A DNA stretch of 7,722 nt from Naegleria gruberi (lineage: Eukaryota). The translations under genes were made by a program, and so were the position numbers. This document shows, piece after piece, positions 1 to 7,293 of the stretch; the stretch's first letter is position 1; every line of letters begins with the position of its first letter. The notes beneath the pieces are model-generated. The model was not told the DNA's origin. It saw only the letters and a program-made list of their open reading frames with translations, and searched no databases. The stretch lies in assembly GCA_000004985.1 (NCBI GenBank), contig GG739114.1; one strand, written 5' to 3'.

Positions 1-114
1 TCTTTGATTCACCTCGATACCAAAAGAAGGTATTTTCCTTTGGAACATTGTGCTTTGAGCGTTTAATATTGGTTCTGGCATCAGGTTATTATGATTATGA
101 TCCATGGACCTACT

Positions 115-127
115 ACTTACTTTTCAG
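115..127. other. Splice-consensus string ACTTACTTTTCAG. On the plus strand it is a 3' acceptor (TTTTCAG|). On the minus strand it is a 5' donor (CTGAAAA|GTAAGT).
   Basis: Direct: plus 115-127 is acttacttttcag, and its reverse complement is ctgaaaagtaagt. On the minus strand this sits at the end of an open frame (...AVKNNVEDIDKKNKDAEK) that runs from 216 down to 121, frame-shifted relative to the 173-457 ORF. Confidence 0.25.
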
Positions 128-172
128 CATCTTTGTTCTTCTTGTCAATGTCTTCTACGTTGTTCTTGACAG

Positions 173-457
173 CTACAGTTGCAAAGACATCATCAAGTTG
201 GAGATCTTTGAGCTGTTAGAACCCTCTCCACTTTTAAACTTTTCCTGCATAGCTTTAATGCTACCTCTTCTTTTTGACAATTCAGTTACTTCCTCTCTTT
301 CCTTGGTAATTGGACTGCTTGAAGTAGAAGCAATCAAAGGAACTTGAAGTAATGATGGCCTGACTGGAGTCCTCAAATACTTTTGATCAGTTTCATTGCT
401 TGGCTTTTTCTCAAATTGTTGGGAAAGATTTTTAACACTGTTTGTTGTTGGTATCAT
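173..457 (-). CDS. Candidate small ORF or exon encoding a Ser-rich, charged, low-complexity 94-aa polypeptide (hypothetical)
   Basis: A genuine ATG sits at 457-455 (ATG ATA CCA ACA...). The product is MIPTTNSVKNLSQQFEKKPSNETDQKYLRTPVRPSLLQVPLIASTSSSPITKEREEVTELSKRRGSIKAMQEKFKSGEGSNSSKISNLMMSLQL*. Its hydrophilic, disordered-like composition is more protein-like than the overlapping plus-strand ORF 48-347. That ORF has a TTG start and Leu/Phe/Val/Tyr-rich content typical of an antisense frame. I have no homology evidence, and 94 codons in AT-rich DNA could still be chance. Confidence 0.3.
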   Translation of the reverse strand: MIPTTNSVKNLSQQFEKKPSNETDQKYLRTPVRPSLLQVPLIASTSSSPITKEREEVTELSKRRGSIKAMQEKFKSGEGSNSSKISNLMMSLQL

Positions 458-932
458 GTTAGAGTTGATTTTTTTTGATCATTATTTTCCATGACAGCAA
501 GTCAAATGAAAGAATTTCAAATAATTATTGTAAACTGATTTTTTAGCAAATTTGCACCAACCTACCCTGTTTGATGGAAAAGAGCAACCAATCCCCAAAC
601 AGAAATAAATCAAACATGTCTATGCTGACCTTATTTCATAATTTTCTGGAAACTAAAGGCAAGAAATAGTACTCTAGTACCGATAATAATTCTTTACAAT
701 CTTTTACTACAGTTTTCATGTCAAATCACCTGATAAATTTATCAACCATGTTCCATTCCGACCAAATTGTAATCCAACATCTCAGTTCTTGAGTGAGTAA
801 AGGAGTTGTTCGCGAAAATTAAATTGATGATGGAAAGCAAGAAAGGATGCTAAATATTCTATTATACTATTACGAATATTCTTGTTGTTATTGGCTGATA
901 ATTTATTATTAATCTCCATTGAATATTATTCT

Positions 933-1265
933 TGATGATGAATTTAAAATCCAAGGAAGGCTTCCGAACAACATGTTTTTTCTTGATTGTTGCGCTTTCA
1001 TTTTCCGTTACAAATTTGCAAATAAAAAATATTTCAAAATTAAAATCACTGATGATGAAGCCATCAATTATTTCAAATAATACTTGTATCTATTCCGTAC
1101 AGTAATGATGATGAAACTGGCCAAAACTCTAGAAAGCCAGGAAGATCGGATTTTTTACTGTTAGCATTCTTCCGAACCTTCCTTTCTCTAAGCCTTCCTT
1201 TTTTCAACACCATCACAAAGCCTTGTTATAATAATTTAATAATTTGCAACGTTTATTCATCATCA
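933..1265. repeat. Dispersed 10-mer TGATGATGAA: three exact copies on the plus strand (933-942, 1050-1059, 1106-1115), one exact inverted copy (TTCATCATCA, 1256-1265) and a variant TGATGATGG at 825-833
   Basis: Read directly. The motif is (TGA)3-like, and a microsatellite-type origin is possible. All copies lie in the non-coding stretch upstream of the minus-strand ORF that starts at 457. Confidence 0.6.
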
Positions 1266-1316
1266 AATTCCTTACTTTCAAAGCCATGAATCTTCATTCA
1301 GGCAACAAACCTTCCT

Positions 1317-1443
1317 CCTTTATCACAACAATTAATCATCAATTCTACAACATATGATCTTATATTCAATTGTTCATAGATGAAATAATTGCCCTTCATC
1401 ACAAAAATTAATCATATCAATTCTACAACTTGTGATCTTATAT
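1317..1443. repeat. Tandem direct repeat with at least 2 copies of a roughly 50-nt core at about 76-bp period. The second copy runs into the gap.
   Basis: Copy 1 (1317-1365): ccttTATCACAACAATTAATCAT--CAATTCTACAACATATGATCTTATAT. Copy 2 (1393-1443): ccttCATCACAAAAATTAATCATATCAATTCTACAACTTGTGATCTTATAT. They differ by 4 substitutions and one 2-nt indel, about 90% identity. A 27-nt spacer (1366-1392) separates them. Copy 2 ends exactly at the first N. A weaker, more degenerate ACCTTCCT...TCACAA-like stretch lies at about 1166-1225. Confidence 0.75.
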
Positions 1444-4400
1444 NNNNNNNNNNNNNNNNNNNNNNNNNNNNNNNNNNNNNNNNNNNNNNNNNNNNNNNNN
1501 NNNNNNNNNNNNNNNNNNNNNNNNNNNNNNNNNNNNNNNNNNNNNNNNNNNNNNNNNNNNNNNNNNNNNNNNNNNNNNNNNNNNNNNNNNNNNNNNNNNN
1601 NNNNNNNNNNNNNNNNNNNNNNNNNNNNNNNNNNNNNNNNNNNNNNNNNNNNNNNNNNNNNNNNNNNNNNNNNNNNNNNNNNNNNNNNNNNNNNNNNNNN
1701 NNNNNNNNNNNNNNNNNNNNNNNNNNNNNNNNNNNNNNNNNNNNNNNNNNNNNNNNNNNNNNNNNNNNNNNNNNNNNNNNNNNNNNNNNNNNNNNNNNNN
1801 NNNNNNNNNNNNNNNNNNNNNNNNNNNNNNNNNNNNNNNNNNNNNNNNNNNNNNNNNNNNNNNNNNNNNNNNNNNNNNNNNNNNNNNNNNNNNNNNNNNN
1901 NNNNNNNNNNNNNNNNNNNNNNNNNNNNNNNNNNNNNNNNNNNNNNNNNNNNNNNNNNNNNNNNNNNNNNNNNNNNNNNNNNNNNNNNNNNNNNNNNNNN
2001 NNNNNNNNNNNNNNNNNNNNNNNNNNNNNNNNNNNNNNNNNNNNNNNNNNNNNNNNNNNNNNNNNNNNNNNNNNNNNNNNNNNNNNNNNNNNNNNNNNNN
2101 NNNNNNNNNNNNNNNNNNNNNNNNNNNNNNNNNNNNNNNNNNNNNNNNNNNNNNNNNNNNNNNNNNNNNNNNNNNNNNNNNNNNNNNNNNNNNNNNNNNN
2201 NNNNNNNNNNNNNNNNNNNNNNNNNNNNNNNNNNNNNNNNNNNNNNNNNNNNNNNNNNNNNNNNNNNNNNNNNNNNNNNNNNNNNNNNNNNNNNNNNNNN
2301 NNNNNNNNNNNNNNNNNNNNNNNNNNNNNNNNNNNNNNNNNNNNNNNNNNNNNNNNNNNNNNNNNNNNNNNNNNNNNNNNNNNNNNNNNNNNNNNNNNNN
2401 NNNNNNNNNNNNNNNNNNNNNNNNNNNNNNNNNNNNNNNNNNNNNNNNNNNNNNNNNNNNNNNNNNNNNNNNNNNNNNNNNNNNNNNNNNNNNNNNNNNN
2501 NNNNNNNNNNNNNNNNNNNNNNNNNNNNNNNNNNNNNNNNNNNNNNNNNNNNNNNNNNNNNNNNNNNNNNNNNNNNNNNNNNNNNNNNNNNNNNNNNNNN
2601 NNNNNNNNNNNNNNNNNNNNNNNNNNNNNNNNNNNNNNNNNNNNNNNNNNNNNNNNNNNNNNNNNNNNNNNNNNNNNNNNNNNNNNNNNNNNNNNNNNNN
2701 NNNNNNNNNNNNNNNNNNNNNNNNNNNNNNNNNNNNNNNNNNNNNNNNNNNNNNNNNNNNNNNNNNNNNNNNNNNNNNNNNNNNNNNNNNNNNNNNNNNN
2801 NNNNNNNNNNNNNNNNNNNNNNNNNNNNNNNNNNNNNNNNNNNNNNNNNNNNNNNNNNNNNNNNNNNNNNNNNNNNNNNNNNNNNNNNNNNNNNNNNNNN
2901 NNNNNNNNNNNNNNNNNNNNNNNNNNNNNNNNNNNNNNNNNNNNNNNNNNNNNNNNNNNNNNNNNNNNNNNNNNNNNNNNNNNNNNNNNNNNNNNNNNNN
3001 NNNNNNNNNNNNNNNNNNNNNNNNNNNNNNNNNNNNNNNNNNNNNNNNNNNNNNNNNNNNNNNNNNNNNNNNNNNNNNNNNNNNNNNNNNNNNNNNNNNN
3101 NNNNNNNNNNNNNNNNNNNNNNNNNNNNNNNNNNNNNNNNNNNNNNNNNNNNNNNNNNNNNNNNNNNNNNNNNNNNNNNNNNNNNNNNNNNNNNNNNNNN
3201 NNNNNNNNNNNNNNNNNNNNNNNNNNNNNNNNNNNNNNNNNNNNNNNNNNNNNNNNNNNNNNNNNNNNNNNNNNNNNNNNNNNNNNNNNNNNNNNNNNNN
3301 NNNNNNNNNNNNNNNNNNNNNNNNNNNNNNNNNNNNNNNNNNNNNNNNNNNNNNNNNNNNNNNNNNNNNNNNNNNNNNNNNNNNNNNNNNNNNNNNNNNN
3401 NNNNNNNNNNNNNNNNNNNNNNNNNNNNNNNNNNNNNNNNNNNNNNNNNNNNNNNNNNNNNNNNNNNNNNNNNNNNNNNNNNNNNNNNNNNNNNNNNNNN
3501 NNNNNNNNNNNNNNNNNNNNNNNNNNNNNNNNNNNNNNNNNNNNNNNNNNNNNNNNNNNNNNNNNNNNNNNNNNNNNNNNNNNNNNNNNNNNNNNNNNNN
3601 NNNNNNNNNNNNNNNNNNNNNNNNNNNNNNNNNNNNNNNNNNNNNNNNNNNNNNNNNNNNNNNNNNNNNNNNNNNNNNNNNNNNNNNNNNNNNNNNNNNN
3701 NNNNNNNNNNNNNNNNNNNNNNNNNNNNNNNNNNNNNNNNNNNNNNNNNNNNNNNNNNNNNNNNNNNNNNNNNNNNNNNNNNNNNNNNNNNNNNNNNNNN
3801 NNNNNNNNNNNNNNNNNNNNNNNNNNNNNNNNNNNNNNNNNNNNNNNNNNNNNNNNNNNNNNNNNNNNNNNNNNNNNNNNNNNNNNNNNNNNNNNNNNNN
3901 NNNNNNNNNNNNNNNNNNNNNNNNNNNNNNNNNNNNNNNNNNNNNNNNNNNNNNNNNNNNNNNNNNNNNNNNNNNNNNNNNNNNNNNNNNNNNNNNNNNN
4001 NNNNNNNNNNNNNNNNNNNNNNNNNNNNNNNNNNNNNNNNNNNNNNNNNNNNNNNNNNNNNNNNNNNNNNNNNNNNNNNNNNNNNNNNNNNNNNNNNNNN
4101 NNNNNNNNNNNNNNNNNNNNNNNNNNNNNNNNNNNNNNNNNNNNNNNNNNNNNNNNNNNNNNNNNNNNNNNNNNNNNNNNNNNNNNNNNNNNNNNNNNNN
4201 NNNNNNNNNNNNNNNNNNNNNNNNNNNNNNNNNNNNNNNNNNNNNNNNNNNNNNNNNNNNNNNNNNNNNNNNNNNNNNNNNNNNNNNNNNNNNNNNNNNN
4301 NNNNNNNNNNNNNNNNNNNNNNNNNNNNNNNNNNNNNNNNNNNNNNNNNNNNNNNNNNNNNNNNNNNNNNNNNNNNNNNNNNNNNNNNNNNNNNNNNNNN

Positions 4401-6759
4401 NNNNNNNNNNNNNNNNNNNNNNNNNNNNNNNNNNNNNNNNNNNNNNNNNNNNNNNNNNNNNNNNNNNNNNNNNNNNNNNNNNNNNNNNNNNNNNNNNNNN
4501 NNNNNNNNNNNNNNNNNNNNNNNNNNNNNNNNNNNNNNNNNNNNNNNNNNNNNNNNNNNNNNNNNNNNNNNNNNNNNNNNNNNNNNNNNNNNNNNNNNNN
4601 NNNNNNNNNNNNNNNNNNNNNNNNNNNNNNNNNNNNNNNNNNNNNNNNNNNNNNNNNNNNNNNNNNNNNNNNNNNNNNNNNNNNNNNNNNNNNNNNNNNN
4701 NNNNNNNNNNNNNNNNNNNNNNNNNNNNNNNNNNNNNNNNNNNNNNNNNNNNNNNNNNNNNNNNNNNNNNNNNNNNNNNNNNNNNNNNNNNNNNNNNNNN
4801 NNNNNNNNNNNNNNNNNNNNNNNNNNNNNNNNNNNNNNNNNNNNNNNNNNNNNNNNNNNNNNNNNNNNNNNNNNNNNNNNNNNNNNNNNNNNNNNNNNNN
4901 NNNNNNNNNNNNNNNNNNNNNNNNNNNNNNNNNNNNNNNNNNNNNNNNNNNNNNNNNNNNNNNNNNNNNNNNNNNNNNNNNNNNNNNNNNNNNNNNNNNN
5001 NNNNNNNNNNNNNNNNNNNNNNNNNNNNNNNNNNNNNNNNNNNNNNNNNNNNNNNNNNNNNNNNNNNNNNNNNNNNNNNNNNNNNNNNNNNNNNNNNNNN
5101 NNNNNNNNNNNNNNNNNNNNNNNNNNNNNNNNNNNNNNNNNNNNNNNNNNNNNNNNNNNNNNNNNNNNNNNNNNNNNNNNNNNNNNNNNNNNNNNNNNNN
5201 NNNNNNNNNNNNNNNNNNNNNNNNNNNNNNNNNNNNNNNNNNNNNNNNNNNNNNNNNNNNNNNNNNNNNNNNNNNNNNNNNNNNNNNNNNNNNNNNNNNN
5301 NNNNNNNNNNNNNNNNNNNNNNNNNNNNNNNNNNNNNNNNNNNNNNNNNNNNNNNNNNNNNNNNNNNNNNNNNNNNNNNNNNNNNNNNNNNNNNNNNNNN
5401 NNNNNNNNNNNNNNNNNNNNNNNNNNNNNNNNNNNNNNNNNNNNNNNNNNNNNNNNNNNNNNNNNNNNNNNNNNNNNNNNNNNNNNNNNNNNNNNNNNNN
5501 NNNNNNNNNNNNNNNNNNNNNNNNNNNNNNNNNNNNNNNNNNNNNNNNNNNNNNNNNNNNNNNNNNNNNNNNNNNNNNNNNNNNNNNNNNNNNNNNNNNN
5601 NNNNNNNNNNNNNNNNNNNNNNNNNNNNNNNNNNNNNNNNNNNNNNNNNNNNNNNNNNNNNNNNNNNNNNNNNNNNNNNNNNNNNNNNNNNNNNNNNNNN
5701 NNNNNNNNNNNNNNNNNNNNNNNNNNNNNNNNNNNNNNNNNNNNNNNNNNNNNNNNNNNNNNNNNNNNNNNNNNNNNNNNNNNNNNNNNNNNNNNNNNNN
5801 NNNNNNNNNNNNNNNNNNNNNNNNNNNNNNNNNNNNNNNNNNNNNNNNNNNNNNNNNNNNNNNNNNNNNNNNNNNNNNNNNNNNNNNNNNNNNNNNNNNN
5901 NNNNNNNNNNNNNNNNNNNNNNNNNNNNNNNNNNNNNNNNNNNNNNNNNNNNNNNNNNNNNNNNNNNNNNNNNNNNNNNNNNNNNNNNNNNNNNNNNNNN
6001 NNNNNNNNNNNNNNNNNNNNNNNNNNNNNNNNNNNNNNNNNNNNNNNNNNNNNNNNNNNNNNNNNNNNNNNNNNNNNNNNNNNNNNNNNNNNNNNNNNNN
6101 NNNNNNNNNNNNNNNNNNNNNNNNNNNNNNNNNNNNNNNNNNNNNNNNNNNNNNNNNNNNNNNNNNNNNNNNNNNNNNNNNNNNNNNNNNNNNNNNNNNN
6201 NNNNNNNNNNNNNNNNNNNNNNNNNNNNNNNNNNNNNNNNNNNNNNNNNNNNNNNNNNNNNNNNNNNNNNNNNNNNNNNNNNNNNNNNNNNNNNNNNNNN
6301 NNNNNNNNNNNNNNNNNNNNNNNNNNNNNNNNNNNNNNNNNNNNNNNNNNNNNNNNNNNNNNNNNNNNNNNNNNNNNNNNNNNNNNNNNNNNNNNNNNNN
6401 NNNNNNNNNNNNNNNNNNNNNNNNNNNNNNNNNNNNNNNNNNNNNNNNNNNNNNNNNNNNNNNNNNNNNNNNNNNNNNNNNNNNNNNNNNNNNNNNNNNN
6501 NNNNNNNNNNNNNNNNNNNNNNNNNNNNNNNNNNNNNNNNNNNNNNNNNNNNNNNNNNNNNNNNNNNNNNNNNNNNNNNNNNNNNNNNNNNNNNNNNNNN
6601 NNNNNNNNNNNNNNNNNNNNNNNNNNNNNNNNNNNNNNNNNNNNNNNNNNNNNNNNNNNNNNNNNNNNNNNNNNNNNNNNNNNNNNNNNNNNNNNNNNNN
6701 NNNNNNNNNNNNNNNNNNNNNNNNNNNNNNNNNNNNNNNNNNNNNNNNNNNNNNNNNNN
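1444..6759. other. Assembly gap: continuous run of 5316 N (unsequenced or unplaced scaffold gap)
   Basis: Direct: every base from 1444 to 6759 is n. The first real base after the gap is c at 6760. The length is not round, which suggests a size-estimated scaffold gap. Confidence 0.99.
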
Positions 6760-7157
6760 CTGACAGCTCGCTGGATTTCAGGACTGAGTGCATAATTATA
6801 TGTAAAATAGTCATGAGTAGTGAAAAACTTGGCCAGGAATGTAAAACTCTTCGAATACTCAATTGGAATGTAATCATAATCTCTCGACATGTCCTTCCAA
6901 AATTTTCTGGGAAGAGAAAACTTCTCTCGGAGCCAATTAAATTGTTCCGAATACTTTTCCTGACAAAAATCTATAAGTATAACAACTGTAGAATAATCAG
7001 TGTTATTCCCAACCGATGCCGATGAAGAATATTTGGTAAATTTGGTCGACGGTTGGAATTCGTTTTTTTCAAGTTGATTTTCTGCTGTTCGCTTTTTGTG
7101 CATTTTTTTTGTCTTGAAATTTTTTGGTTTTTTTGGAATTTTGTTTTGCTTGAACAT
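6760..7157 (-). CDS. 5' portion of a protein-coding gene (hypothetical protein), partial. The reading frame stays open from the first ATG at 7157 down to the gap edge.
   Basis: The minus-strand frame has no stop for 138 codons, from 7175 down to 6760. That is long for AT-rich DNA. The ORF-track start at 7175 is TTG. The first ATG is at 7157-7155 (MFKQNKIPKKPKNFKTKK), the next at 7103-7101 (MHKKRTAENQ), and a later one begins MSRDYDY. The body is ...STVVILIDFCQEKYSEQFNWLREKFSLPRKFWKDMSRDYDYIPIEYSKSFTFLAKFFTTHDYFTYNYALSPEIQRAV... It is aromatic-rich, has mixed charge and looks protein-like. The opposite-strand frame (plus, ending 7025) is Ile/Leu/Arg/Cys-rich and looks like antisense noise. I do not recognise the family, and the true start codon is ambiguous. 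Confidence 0.45.
7063..7142. repeat. Cluster of T homopolymer runs on the plus strand: T7 at 7063-7069, T8 at 7103-7110, T6 at 7120-7125, T7 at 7128-7134, T4 at 7139-7142. On the minus strand they are AAA lysine codons or A-rich 5' leader.
   Basis: Read directly from the sequence. The runs encode the KIPKKPKNFKTKKMHKKR stretch of the minus-strand ORF. Homopolymers of this length are error-prone in sequencing and assembly. Confidence 0.8.
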
Positions 7158-7287
7158 TTGCAGAAAATTTTGCAAAAACTCAAATTGTCAATAATCAAAC
7201 GAATTAATGAAGAAATTATTGATTTTAAAATCATGGAGTAGTAGATATTTGTGTAAATTAAAGATTGAATGCAAAAAATCTAGAGGT

Positions 7288-7293
7288 TTTATT
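7288..7293 (-). promoter_or_regulatory. AATAAA polyadenylation hexamer (minus strand) overlapping the TAA stop codon of the 7289-7722 gene
   Basis: Plus 7288-7293 is tttatt, so the minus strand reads AATAAA. The minus-strand sequence is ...AAT ACC AAG CAA TAA AAC CTC TAG ATTTTTTGCATTCAATCTTTAATTT. The stop TAA is hexamer positions 3-5, and a U-rich tract follows. AATAAA-like hexamers are frequent by chance in AT-rich DNA, so the position at the ORF end is the main support. Confidence 0.4.

Noticed and set aside
48-347. Plus-strand ORF of 99 aa overlapping the minus-strand 173-457 ORF
   Set aside because: The 'start' is TTG (48-50), not ATG. The product (MCFERLILVLASGYYDYDPWTYYLLFSIFVLLVNVFYVVLDSY...) is a Leu/Phe/Val/Tyr-rich string typical of the antisense frame of a hydrophilic coding region. 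A low-probability residual remains: a plus-strand exon beginning at the TTTTCAG acceptor at 127/128.
600-700. Small palindromic strings (AGTACT, CTAG, GTAC clustered at 669-682)
   Set aside because: They are short self-complementary hexamers or tetramers that do not form an extended perfect inverted repeat. This is expected by chance.
1160-1185. tRNA-like T-loop resemblance (GGTTCGGAAG on the minus strand around 1168-1180)
   Set aside because: There is no flanking acceptor or anticodon stem complementarity and no cloverleaf can be drawn. It is just the reverse complement of the CTTCCGAACC 9-mer.
1374-7175. Four giant ORFs in the six-frame track (1374..7175 -, 1389..7025 +, 1412..6877 -, 1432..6795 +), each about 1800-1900 aa
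   Set aside because: They exist only because the 5316 N are translated as X with no stops. Only their short readable ends are real sequence. Of those, only the minus-strand 6760-7175 end (138 codons) looks protein-like. The others (MPFITKINHINSTTCDLI, ...LTARWISGLSA, MITFQLSIRRVLHSWPSFSLLMTILHIIMHSVLKSSELS, and the 88-codon plus frame ending at 7025) are short, start at TTG, or have antisense-like composition.
6971-7234. Minus-strand 87-aa ORF (MILKSIISSLIRLIIDNLSFCKIFCK...) beginning at a genuine ATG at 7234
   Set aside because: It is an alternate frame of the same A-rich region, low-complexity Ile/Leu/Ser/Lys, and it stops at 6971. The other frame stays open for another 210 nt into the gap, so that frame is preferred. 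It is noted as a possible upstream-ORF complication for start-codon assignment, not as a gene.
7053-7241. Plus-strand 62-aa ORF (MEFVFFKLIFCCSLFVHFF...)
   Set aside because: It has a TTG start. The Phe-rich sequence is generated by the poly-T runs. It is antisense to the lysine-rich N-terminal region of the better-supported minus-strand gene.
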